A stretch of DNA of 64,000 bases, taken from contig OZ244860.1 of the NCBI GenBank assembly GCA_965221035.1, positions 1,468,614 to 1,532,613 of the forward strand, given 5' to 3'. A program made the translations under genes and the position numbers. This DNA comes from Candidatus Rariloculaceae bacterium. Lineage in GTDB: Bacteria; Pseudomonadota; Gammaproteobacteria; Steroidobacterales; Rariloculaceae. The number at the start of each line of letters is the position of its first letter. Position 1 is the first letter of the stretch. Below are positions 10,961 to 19,347 of the stretch, one piece after another. A model generated the notes under the pieces. That model ran no database searches. It saw only the letters and a list, made by a program, of their open reading frames with translations, and was not told the DNA's origin.

Positions 10961-11287
10961 ATGGGCGAATTTCCGATCTTCCTGACCGCCGTGGCAGTGG
11001 TCGCCTTCATCCTGCTGGCGCCCCGTGTGCGTGATGTGGTTCGCCGCGCGGTCCGTGGCGGCGGTCCCGGCGGAATCCGGGGCGCCCTCCGTGGCGCTTT
11101 TCGGGGCAATTTCAGGGGTCGCCGCCGCTGTGGCGTCGATGTGGAAGCCGACCTGCTGCGCGCCTGCGGCGGAGACAGGGCCGCGATGGAACGCCTGATA
11201 CGCCACGAACGCGCCCGCAAACCGGAACTCGGGCGTACCGGGGCCGCCTTGATGGCGCTGTCGAGACTCCGGGCGGACCGGCGGTGA
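10961..11287 (+). CDS. Small hypothetical membrane-anchored protein
   Basis: N-terminal TM, RG-rich 4-aa repeats, C-terminal LLRACGGD...RLI..E...P...L..DRR. Confidence 0.55.
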   Translation: MGEFPIFLTAVAVVAFILLAPRVRDVVRRAVRGGGPGGIRGALRGAFRGNFRGRRRCGVDVEADLLRACGGDRAAMERLIRHERARKPELGRTGAALMALSRLRADRR

Positions 11288-11308
11288 TTTGCTCCTGGAC
11301 CGGGCGGA

Positions 11309-12265
11309 CTACTGATCGAAACGACCGCCGTACTCCAGGGGCGTTGGCGCAACCGCCCGGAGATTGGGCCATTCCCGGTGCGGTTCGCGATCAGGCGTCG
11401 GCTCGTCGCTTTCGACCACGGTGACTTCGACGTCCAGGGTGGAGCCGCCCCCTCCCAGCACCGTGCCCCGTGTCGGACAGGCGTCAGCATAGTCGCGACC
11501 GACCGCCACGGCTATGAAACGATGATCGACCAGCGTGTCGTTGGTGGGATCGATGCCCACCCAACCGGCGCCGGGGACAAGGAATTCACCCCAGCTATGG
11601 CTGGCGCCCGGCAGCGACTGCTCCCCTGGCTTGCCTTCCATGTGCAGGTACCCGGAAACGTAGCGGCTCGGAACGCCCCACGATCGCGCGATGGCCAGCA
11701 TGACGTGGGTGTAGTCCTGGCAGACGCCGCGACCTGTTTCGAGTATCTGGTCCATGGGCGAATCCACGCCGGTGCTGCCGGGATGGTACTGGAACTTCCG
11801 ATGCAGCGTGGCCGACAGTTCCAGCAGCGAGGTCAATGGATCGTCACCGCGGCGAATGCCGTTGGCCGACATGAATTCCCCAAGCGCTTCGCTGAACCGC
11901 ACGTAGTGGCTTGACTGGCGAAATTCCCAGTTTTCGGCCGAGCCCGCCGAAGCGGCGAGCGCCTCCCAGCCGTCCGGGCCGGACGATTCGGTTGGCGGCG
12001 ACGTCTCGGCGGCCTCCACCTTGACGCGGCTGCGCACCAGGGTCGTGCGGTGCCACCGGTGGATGTTGAACAGGTGGCAGCGGTTGCCGAACGGGTCCTG
12101 CATTTCGACCGGTGCGGCAGCGGGGTCGACGTGCAGATCGAATCCCAGCATGCGCTGATTCCTGTCGTTCCTCGGGCACAGGCGCAGCAACATGAGACTG
12201 CCGCGGGCCGGTTCCTCGTATTGGAAGCTTGAGACGTGCTCGATCTGGAACGTCCTGACCGTCAT
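11309..12265 (-). CDS. Transglutaminase family protein (Bact_transglu_N + core)
   Basis: GVCQDYTH, RYVSGYL, SHSW, GIDPTN and GRDYAD motifs; ATG 12265 overlaps the alpha-E stop. Confidence 0.92.
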   Translation of the reverse strand: MTVRTFQIEHVSSFQYEEPARGSLMLLRLCPRNDRNQRMLGFDLHVDPAAAPVEMQDPFGNRCHLFNIHRWHRTTLVRSRVKVEAAETSPPTESSGPDGWEALAASAGSAENWEFRQSSHYVRFSEALGEFMSANGIRRGDDPLTSLLELSATLHRKFQYHPGSTGVDSPMDQILETGRGVCQDYTHVMLAIARSWGVPSRYVSGYLHMEGKPGEQSLPGASHSWGEFLVPGAGWVGIDPTNDTLVDHRFIAVAVGRDYADACPTRGTVLGGGGSTLDVEVTVVESDEPTPDREPHREWPNLRAVAPTPLEYGGRFDQ

Positions 12266-13239
12266 CGGGGACCGTCCTCGATCCCATAGTTGAAATAGGA
12301 GGCGTCGATATCCCCGTCGAGCTGGCGGCACGCCCCGAGAATCTCCTTCAGCATCGCGCGTGTGGTCCTGTCTCCCTCGGGATCGTCCCAACGCCAGTCG
12401 TACTCGAGCACCGCCACGACCCGGCCCACGCGTCGGGCGGCTTCCGCGGCCATTGGCCGGTGTTCGCCGACCGCGTCCAGCGCGGCAGATATTCGGTCCA
12501 GCGCGAACCGCACCGAGTGCGCGAGCAAGGGATCGGACACCAGTAAGTCGATGACGCGGCCCGGCTGGTAGTCCAGCGAGTAACGGCGGTGATAGGCCAC
12601 CCGCGCATCGCAGATCTGCAGCAGCGAGCGCCACTCCGGCTCCAGGTGGGATTCGACCGAGGGAAACACTTCCAGGTGGGCATCCAGCAGCGCGGTCAGG
12701 TTCTGGGCTCGTTCCACCGCGCGGCCAAGCCGCAGAAAGTGCCAGCCGGCGTCGCGGTACATGGCGCTGCCGGCGATGCCGTGGAACGCCCGGACGGCAT
12801 CCTCGGTGCGTTGGAAGAACTCGCCGGAACGGTCGGCCCAGACGTCCCCCACGTCCAGGTCCCGGATATCCAGGTAGAGCAGGTTCAGGCACGACCACAT
12901 CTCGTTACCGATCACGTTGCGGACCTGGCGGGCGTTCTCCCTGGCGGCGGCGACACAGTTGCGGATTGCGTCGGGGTTGTTCGGCTCGAATGTCAGGTCG
13001 TCCACCAGGGTGAAGGCGTCGGCGAGCATGAAGTCGTCGTCGCCGCGATTCGACCCCAGAACGCCGCCGACCGGCTCACGGCCCAGACCCAGGTACAGGC
13101 GCAGCCAGGTCCGGTCGAGCTCCTCGACCGTGCGATCCTGCAGGTCCAGATACTGCACAAGGACCAGGCGGCAACCGTGCGCCGCCCGCTCGAGGTATCG
13201 ACCGATCCAGTAGAGACCCTGGGCGTTGCGCGACAGCAT
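12262..13239 (-). CDS. Alpha-E domain protein (DUF403)
   Basis: MLSRNAQGLYWIGRYLERA, ARENAR and LGRAVERA ER motifs. Confidence 0.93.
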   Translation of the reverse strand: MLSRNAQGLYWIGRYLERAAHGCRLVLVQYLDLQDRTVEELDRTWLRLYLGLGREPVGGVLGSNRGDDDFMLADAFTLVDDLTFEPNNPDAIRNCVAAARENARQVRNVIGNEMWSCLNLLYLDIRDLDVGDVWADRSGEFFQRTEDAVRAFHGIAGSAMYRDAGWHFLRLGRAVERAQNLTALLDAHLEVFPSVESHLEPEWRSLLQICDARVAYHRRYSLDYQPGRVIDLLVSDPLLAHSVRFALDRISAALDAVGEHRPMAAEAARRVGRVVAVLEYDWRWDDPEGDRTTRAMLKEILGACRQLDGDIDASYFNYGIEDGPR

Positions 13240-13243
13240 GGCG

Positions 13244-14722
13244 TTATTCCGGGAGCACCCAGAGGTCCTTGCCGCCGCCGCCCTGGCTGGAATTGACCAC
13301 CAGCGAACCCTCGACCAGCGCCACCCGGCAGAATGCCCCGGGCACCAGCCGAGTCTCGCGGCCGGTCAGGACGAAGGGCCTCAAGTCCACGTGGCGGGGC
13401 GCGGCGCCCTTGTCCGTCAGGCAGGGCGCGCGCGACAGGTCCAGCACCGGCTGCGAAATGAAATTGGCGGGATTTTCGCGGATCCCCCTGGCGTAAGCGT
13501 CCCGCTCCTTGGGCGAGGCCCGCGGCCCCACGAGCATGCCGTAGCCGCCGGATTCGCCCACCATCTTGACCACCAGCCGTTCCAGGTTGTCGAGCGTGTA
13601 TTCCAAGCCCTCCGGCGTTCGGCAAAGGTGCGTCTCCACGTTGGCCAGCAGCGGCTCCTCGCCGAGAAAGTAGCGGATGATGTCGGGAACGAAGGCGTAG
13701 ACGCTCTTGTCGTCGGCCACCCCGGTGCCCGGCGCGTTGGCGATGACCACGTTGCCGAGCCGATAGGCGTAGAACAGTCCCGGCACGCCCAGCTGCGAAT
13801 CCGCTCGGAACGCCAGCGGGTCCAGGTAGTCGTCATCGACCCGGCGATAGATCACGTCGACCTTTCGCAGTCCGCCGATGGTCCGCATGTAGACGAAGCC
13901 GTCATGAACCAGCAGGTCCCCGCCCTGCACCAGTTCCACGCCCATCTCCCTGGCAAGAAACATGTGCTCGTAATAGGCCGAATTGTGCACGCCCGGCGTC
14001 AGCAGGACGATGCAGGGGTCGGACAGGTTCGTGGGCGCCAATTCGGACAGCGTCTGTCTCAGCAGCTTGCCGTAGTGCTCGACTCCCCGCACCTTGTAAT
14101 GCCGGAAGAGGTCGCGGAAGCTCGACTTCAGCGCGGCCCGGTTGGCCAGCATGTAGGAGACCCCGGAAGGCACGCGCAGGTTGTCCTCCAGCACCATGAA
14201 ACCATCATTGGTGCGCACCAGGTCCGTGCCGCACAGCGCGACGTGGATGCCGCGCGGGACGCTGACGCCACGCATCTCGATGCGGTACTGCGGGCAGCCC
14301 AGCACCATGTCCACCGGAATCACGCCATCGTCAAGGCTCCGGCGGCGACCGTAGATGTCGGCCAGAAACAGGTTCAGGGCCTTGATCCGCTGATGCAGGC
14401 CCCGTTCGATGAAATCCCAGGTAGCGGCGTCGAGGATTCTCGGCAACACATCGATGGGAATGATCCGTTCCCGCGCGCCTTGCTCGCCATAGACCGCGAA
14501 GGTGATCCCCTCGTGCAGGAACGACCGCTCCGCGCGCTCCTGCATGGCGGCGATGTCCTCGGGCGCCATGCCGTTCAGCGCATCCGCTAGCCTGCGGCAA
14601 TGCTCCCGGGGCACCGGGCCGGACTCGAACATTTCATCGTAAAAGCGGGGTTCGGAAGGGTAATCCGCAAACATCGACGGCACAGGCTCCGATTCAGGGC
14701 CGGTCACTCGCACGTCTGGCAT
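13244..14722 (-). CDS. Circularly permuted type 2 ATP-grasp protein (DUF404/407)
   Basis: VLEDNLRVPSGVSYML, NSAYYEH, VDVIYRRVDD and VVNSSQGGGGKDLWV motifs; start placed at ATG 14722 after AGGAAG. Confidence 0.93.
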   Translation of the reverse strand: MPDVRVTGPESEPVPSMFADYPSEPRFYDEMFESGPVPREHCRRLADALNGMAPEDIAAMQERAERSFLHEGITFAVYGEQGARERIIPIDVLPRILDAATWDFIERGLHQRIKALNLFLADIYGRRRSLDDGVIPVDMVLGCPQYRIEMRGVSVPRGIHVALCGTDLVRTNDGFMVLEDNLRVPSGVSYMLANRAALKSSFRDLFRHYKVRGVEHYGKLLRQTLSELAPTNLSDPCIVLLTPGVHNSAYYEHMFLAREMGVELVQGGDLLVHDGFVYMRTIGGLRKVDVIYRRVDDDYLDPLAFRADSQLGVPGLFYAYRLGNVVIANAPGTGVADDKSVYAFVPDIIRYFLGEEPLLANVETHLCRTPEGLEYTLDNLERLVVKMVGESGGYGMLVGPRASPKERDAYARGIRENPANFISQPVLDLSRAPCLTDKGAAPRHVDLRPFVLTGRETRLVPGAFCRVALVEGSLVVNSSQGGGGKDLWVLPE

Positions 14723-14839
14723 CTTCTTCCTGTCGCTTATCAGCTGGCCGTTCGGGGTTGCCCACAAACGCTTCCCGCCACGCCCGCGGTGCTCACTTGT
14801 GGATTGCAGGATACAGTAAATTTGCTGGTATCGTTTCCC

Positions 14840-15019
14840 AGCGCCGCAACCGCCCTGGAGAAATTCGCCCAAGAGGAACAGGCCAACCTGTCCAAGGATT
14901 GGGGTCCACCTCTTCCATCGTACGGCGCGACGTCGATCGTCTTTTATCTGGGTACGGAAAGGCTCGCGTTTGGCGAACGCCGCTACGCGTTGCCGGTAAG
15001 CTGCTTGTGGGGTACCTAG
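14840..15019 (+). pseudogene. C-terminal remnant resembling the DUF4143 tail of AAA_14-DUF4143 proteins
   Basis: Reads ALEKF...SIVFYLGTERLAFGERRYALPVSCLW*, matching the typical ending vvlY.G...l.fg....alP.s.LW; no upstream gene body. Confidence 0.55.
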
Positions 15020-15190
15020 GCCGGTGCGCATTTTCGTGGATTTCACTTTCGCGTAGAGTGGCAGGGACATGGCGGAGAGTGTCAGGCAAAGGAACACTCA
15101 CGTGGCAACAGGGATGGCACCCTTGCTATTCAGCCTGCCCGGCTAGTGGCCAAATCGCCCAATATCGGAAAATTCAGGGAATACCGGCAT

Positions 15191-16654
15191 ATGAACAGAT
15201 GGAAATTACCCTTGGCGCCCATCGTGGTCCTGCTCGCCAGCCACCAGTCGGTCGCGCAGAATTTCGTGCTGATCCTGTCGGACGACCAGGGCTGGACCGG
15301 AACGTCGGTGCGCATGGACGACCGCGTGCCGAATTCGGTGAGCGACCTGTACCAGACCCCGAGCCTTGAGCGCCTGGCCGCCGAGGGCATGAAGTTCTCC
15401 AATGCCTATTCGCCGGCTCCAAACTGCTCGCCCACGCGGATGAGCATCCAGACCGGCAAGACGGCGGCCCGTCTGGGGGCCACCGACATCATCGATGTCG
15501 TGCCGGACGAAAACGGGCGCGCCAACATTCAGGTGTTCCACGACACCATGTATCACAACAAACCGATGCTCGTGCCCTTGCCTGTCAGCGATATCGCGGA
15601 CGAGGAGACGACCATCGCGGAGCTGCTCAAGCAACACGACCCGGCCTATGCGACCGGCCATTTCGGCAAGTGGCACATGGGCGGGGGTTCGCCGGAACGC
15701 CATGGCTACGATGCGCATGACGGTCTGACAACCAACAACGAAGGATTCGCAAGCCAGCCCGATCCAAAGCGCAGCGCAGAGGTGACCGACAGGGCGGTCG
15801 CCTTCATTGACGAGCAGGCGCGGGCCGACCGGGCATTTTTCGTCCAGGTTTCGTACTACGCTGTGCATACACCGGTCCGGGCGCGACCGGAAACCGTGTT
15901 GACGTTCAGCGAATACCAACATGGGAGGGACCTCGGCATTCGTGGCGACCAGGTCCATACCAATGCGGCATACGCAGCGATGACCGCGGAAATGGACGCC
16001 GGCGTGGGCCGCATCCTCGACACGCTCGACCGCCTCGGTGTCGCCGACGACACCTACGTCATCTTCACCTCGGACAACGGCGGCGAATCGGACAATCCGG
16101 TCACCAGCAACGTGCCGCTGGCGTGGGGCAAGACCCACGTGTGGGAGGGAGGCATCCGTGTGCCGTTGTTCATCCGCGGCCCCGGGATCGAGGCCGGCGC
16201 GCAAAGCAACGTGCCGGTCGTCGGCTACGACTTCCTGCCGACGATCGCCCACTGGGCGGGTGCCGCCGCGGGTCTGCCGGACGATCTGGATGGCGGCAGC
16301 CTGGTTCCGGTGCTCGAAAACGGCGGCGACGGGACGGTGGACCGGCCCACGGAACCGCTGATCTGGTACTACGGCGCCTACCGCAACCAGAAGCACGTCA
16401 CGCCCCAGGCGGCGATACGGCGGGGCAATCACAAGCTCATCTGGGAACTCGAGCCGGACCGCGCCTACCTCTACGATCTCGGCCTGGACCTGCGGGAATC
16501 CACCGATCTGTCGCGCTTCCGGCCCGAGATCGCCGAATCGATGCTGGTAGAACTGAGGGGGTATCTGCGCGATGTCGGCACGACGCTCCCGACGCCCAAC
16601 CCCGATTACGACCCGGCGCTCGACGGCGGGCTGCGGCCGCTGGTGTTCGAGTAA
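15191..16654 (+). CDS. Formylglycine-dependent (Cys-type) sulfatase, secreted
   Basis: Signal peptide; ILSDDQG, CSPTR (CxPxR), GKWHMG, SDNGG and EGGIRVP motifs. Confidence 0.94.
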   Translation: MNRWKLPLAPIVVLLASHQSVAQNFVLILSDDQGWTGTSVRMDDRVPNSVSDLYQTPSLERLAAEGMKFSNAYSPAPNCSPTRMSIQTGKTAARLGATDIIDVVPDENGRANIQVFHDTMYHNKPMLVPLPVSDIADEETTIAELLKQHDPAYATGHFGKWHMGGGSPERHGYDAHDGLTTNNEGFASQPDPKRSAEVTDRAVAFIDEQARADRAFFVQVSYYAVHTPVRARPETVLTFSEYQHGRDLGIRGDQVHTNAAYAAMTAEMDAGVGRILDTLDRLGVADDTYVIFTSDNGGESDNPVTSNVPLAWGKTHVWEGGIRVPLFIRGPGIEAGAQSNVPVVGYDFLPTIAHWAGAAAGLPDDLDGGSLVPVLENGGDGTVDRPTEPLIWYYGAYRNQKHVTPQAAIRRGNHKLIWELEPDRAYLYDLGLDLRESTDLSRFRPEIAESMLVELRGYLRDVGTTLPTPNPDYDPALDGGLRPLVFE

Positions 16655-16682
16655 TTGCGCGTTAGCCGGGCAGGCACCCGAG

Positions 16683-16828
16683 TATCCAGAGACAAATCCC
16701 GACACAAATCCCGGCAAAGTGTCGGGATTCTCGTATTTTTGGGTTATTTGTGTTTGATTCCCGACATATATCTGCTTATATTGTCGGGATACAGATCACA
16801 AAACTGACCCATTACAGCTATCCCGACA
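16683..16828 (+). promoter_or_regulatory. Sigma70-like promoter with an array of six TCCCGACA boxes
   Basis: TTGATT (16754-59), 17 bp spacer, TATATT (16777-82). Boxes at 16697, 16709 (1 mismatch), 16720 (inverted), 16759, 16782 (inverted) and 16821. Confidence 0.7.
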
Positions 16829-16860
16829 TATTCATTCCCTCCACTATCTGAGCCAATCCA

Positions 16861-18393
16861 ATGCCCGACGAAGTCCGATTCATCGCCCGCCAACTGATGG
16901 AGCAAGCGGTCCAGGTCATGCGAAAGTCCGTGGAGGAACGCCGTGTGGATGGCAAGTCGAGCCCCATGGTGGGGGCCGTGCTATGGCAACCGGAAGGCCA
17001 TGTGCACACCGCGTACCGTGGCGAATTGAGAGACGGCGATCATGCAGAATACACCCTGTTGGAACGCAAGATGCGAGCGTCAAGACTGGACGACGCCGTG
17101 CTGTTCGCAACGCTGGAGCCATGCGCCCCAGGAGCGCGCCAGCGTCCCAAGCTGAGTTGCGCCGAACGAATCGTTCTGGCGCGCATCAAGAAGGTCTGGG
17201 TCGGCATCGAGGACCCCGACCCGACCGTAGACCGCAGGGGTATCAGATATCTCCAGGACAACGGCGTCAAGGTGCGCATGTTCGATCCGGACCTTCAGCA
17301 AGAGATCAAGAACGCCAATAGCGCATTCCTCGATCAGGCGCGACAGCGTGCCGATGAGGTCGAAAAAACGGCCGGGCAGCAACCCATCAGGCTGTCTCCC
17401 CTCGAAAGCGCGCTCCCAACCGCTGAAGAGCGTGACCTTTCCGCCACGGCGCTGGAACGTTACCGGGCTAGTGCCGGAATTAACGAGCCGAGGAATTCCG
17501 GAGCCTTCAATCGCCGTCTGCTCCAGCTCGGGCTGCTCCGGGAGAACGCCGACGCAGGTCTGGCTCCGTCCGGCTTCGGGATGCTCCTGTTCGGCCGCGA
17601 ACCGCGCACCGCCCTGCTCCAGGCCGGAGTACTCGCTACGATCCACTACGCCGATGGCAGGGAGGAAGTGCGAGACTTCGATGGCCCCCAGGTTTTCGTG
17701 CCCGAGCAAGTGCTGCAATGGCTACGCGACAAGCTGCCCAATCCCATCGACCGTTCCGGGGCGCGGCGAGTCGAGGTCAACGAGAAACTGTTCGCCATGG
17801 TCAGGGAAGCGGTAGTCAATGCAATCGTCCACCGTGACTACGACATTGAAGTGGCCAACTGCCACTTGACCGTAACGCCGGACACCATCACGGTGATGAG
17901 CCCGGGAAGCCCTGTCGAACCGATCAGGCTGGAACAGTTGCAATCGTTCAATGCGCCCATGCTCAGCCGCAATCCGATCCTCCACTACATTTTCTCGCGC
18001 ATGGCGCTCGCCGAGGAACGGGGGCTGGGACTCAAGTCCCTCCGCAGGAACGCCGAGGACGCAGGATTGCCGTTGCCTATGTACAAATGGAACGACCCTT
18101 ATCTGACACTGACACTCTACCGAAGCGCCGCCGCGCTCGCCGCCGATATCGCGGAGCCCGCGGTGATGGACCGATTGACCGCCGACCAGGAAGCCGCATG
18201 GGGCATCGTCGCGGCGCGGGAATCGATCACCGCCCGAACGCTCATGAACCGCCTGGAGTTCAACGAACGCAAGGCGCAACGCATTATGCGGGGGCTGATG
18301 GACGTCGGCCTGGTGCACCGTGTGGGCGAGGGGCGCGCCACGCGATACACGCCCTCACCTTGCCAGGTGCCTGCTAAGGCAAAACGCCCATGA
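16861..18393 (+). CDS. RibD-like Zn-dependent deaminase fused to HATPase_c_4 and C-terminal wHTH
   Basis: Deaminase motifs PMVGAV, HAE, TLEPC-x11-C and EDPDP; HATPase_c_4 motifs REAVVNAIVHRDY, SPG, RNP and EERGLG; wHTH ending GLVHRVGEGRATRY. Confidence 0.85.
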   Translation: MPDEVRFIARQLMEQAVQVMRKSVEERRVDGKSSPMVGAVLWQPEGHVHTAYRGELRDGDHAEYTLLERKMRASRLDDAVLFATLEPCAPGARQRPKLSCAERIVLARIKKVWVGIEDPDPTVDRRGIRYLQDNGVKVRMFDPDLQQEIKNANSAFLDQARQRADEVEKTAGQQPIRLSPLESALPTAEERDLSATALERYRASAGINEPRNSGAFNRRLLQLGLLRENADAGLAPSGFGMLLFGREPRTALLQAGVLATIHYADGREEVRDFDGPQVFVPEQVLQWLRDKLPNPIDRSGARRVEVNEKLFAMVREAVVNAIVHRDYDIEVANCHLTVTPDTITVMSPGSPVEPIRLEQLQSFNAPMLSRNPILHYIFSRMALAEERGLGLKSLRRNAEDAGLPLPMYKWNDPYLTLTLYRSAAALAADIAEPAVMDRLTADQEAAWGIVAARESITARTLMNRLEFNERKAQRIMRGLMDVGLVHRVGEGRATRYTPSPCQVPAKAKRP

Positions 18394-19118
18394 AACTGCA
18401 AATCGCGAGCGACCTGCATCTGGAATTCGGCCATTCGCCGAAGCTGCACGATGTGGGCGCCGATGTACTCGTGCTGGCGGGCGACATCGGCACGGCGAAC
18501 GATGAGACCGTGGAATGGGTTCTCGGGCTGAGCGAACGCTACCAGGCGGTCCTGTACGTACCGGGCAACCACGAGTTCTACGGGAAGGATCTGGATGCCG
18601 CCGATTCGTTCATGCGCACGATGAGTGCCAGCGGCGGTTACGAGTGGATGAACAACCAGGCGGTTCGGGTGGGCGAGCGGCGTTTTGTCGGCAGTCCCCT
18701 GTGGGCCAACTTCTGCAACGAGCCATCGTCAATCATGAAGGCGGGCCGCGCGATCAGTGACTTTCACCGCATCCGGCGCGGAGGTGGGCTGCTGACACCA
18801 GGAGCCATGTTGGAGCTGCACGAGAAAGCCGTTGAGTTTCTGACCGAGACAGTCGAGCCCGACGATATCGTCATCACGCACTGGCCACCGACCCTGAAAG
18901 CCCGCCACCCCGGTTTCCCGATGGATGACATCGCCCGGTATTTCTGCGCCGACATTCCACAAGCCGTGGAATCCATCCGGCCCGAACTGTGGATCTGCGG
19001 TCATACGCACCACAATGTGGACTTCATGTTCGGAAAGACGCGGATTCTGTCGAACCAGGGCGGCTATCCGCACGAGGCGCCCGCCGGATACGATCCGGGG
19101 TTGGTGGTCGAGGTGTAG
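18390..19118 (+). CDS. Calcineurin-like metallophosphoesterase
   Basis: SDLH, AGDI, GNHE, TH and GHTH motifs; ATGA overlap with the upstream gene. Confidence 0.92.
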   Translation: MKLQIASDLHLEFGHSPKLHDVGADVLVLAGDIGTANDETVEWVLGLSERYQAVLYVPGNHEFYGKDLDAADSFMRTMSASGGYEWMNNQAVRVGERRFVGSPLWANFCNEPSSIMKAGRAISDFHRIRRGGGLLTPGAMLELHEKAVEFLTETVEPDDIVITHWPPTLKARHPGFPMDDIARYFCADIPQAVESIRPELWICGHTHHNVDFMFGKTRILSNQGGYPHEAPAGYDPGLVVEV

Positions 19119-19227
19119 GGACCGCTGTTGCGGGTGGACGCTACTCCCGGCGTTCGACGGGTCGCAATTGCCCGTACTGGCCAAGAAAATGATAACTTGA
19201 TGGCTAATTTACGCGTTTGCTTTGCAT

Positions 19228-19346
19228 TTACTGTCGTTTGCCCAACGCGAGTATCTTGAGCAGCACCATGGTGTCCTGCGACTTTTCGAAGCTTTCAGTA
19301 GCCTTGCAGGACCAAATCGGCCGCCGTTCCAAGTAATGATCAACGC
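19228..19346 (-). pseudogene. Frameshifted Phd/YefM antitoxin remnant
   Basis: Three frames join as ALIITWNG / ADLVLQG / TESFEKSQDTMVLLKILALGKRQ*, matching the Phd pattern PLvITQNGEAkaVlQd..syE.tQeTlALLKILALG.rq. Confidence 0.65.
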
Positions 19347-19347
19347 C

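Noticed and set aside
12266..12898. N-terminal extension of the 529-aa transglutaminase ORF
   Set aside because: It overlaps the alpha-E gene out of frame; the ATGA coupling at 12262-12265 gives the real start.
16683..16830. CRISPR array or replication iterons
   Set aside because: Units are only 8-12 bp in mixed orientation, with no spacers, cas or rep genes.
16861..17400. ribD (riboflavin biosynthesis)
   Set aside because: No reductase domain, no rib genes nearby, and the domain is fused to HATPase_c_4-wHTH.
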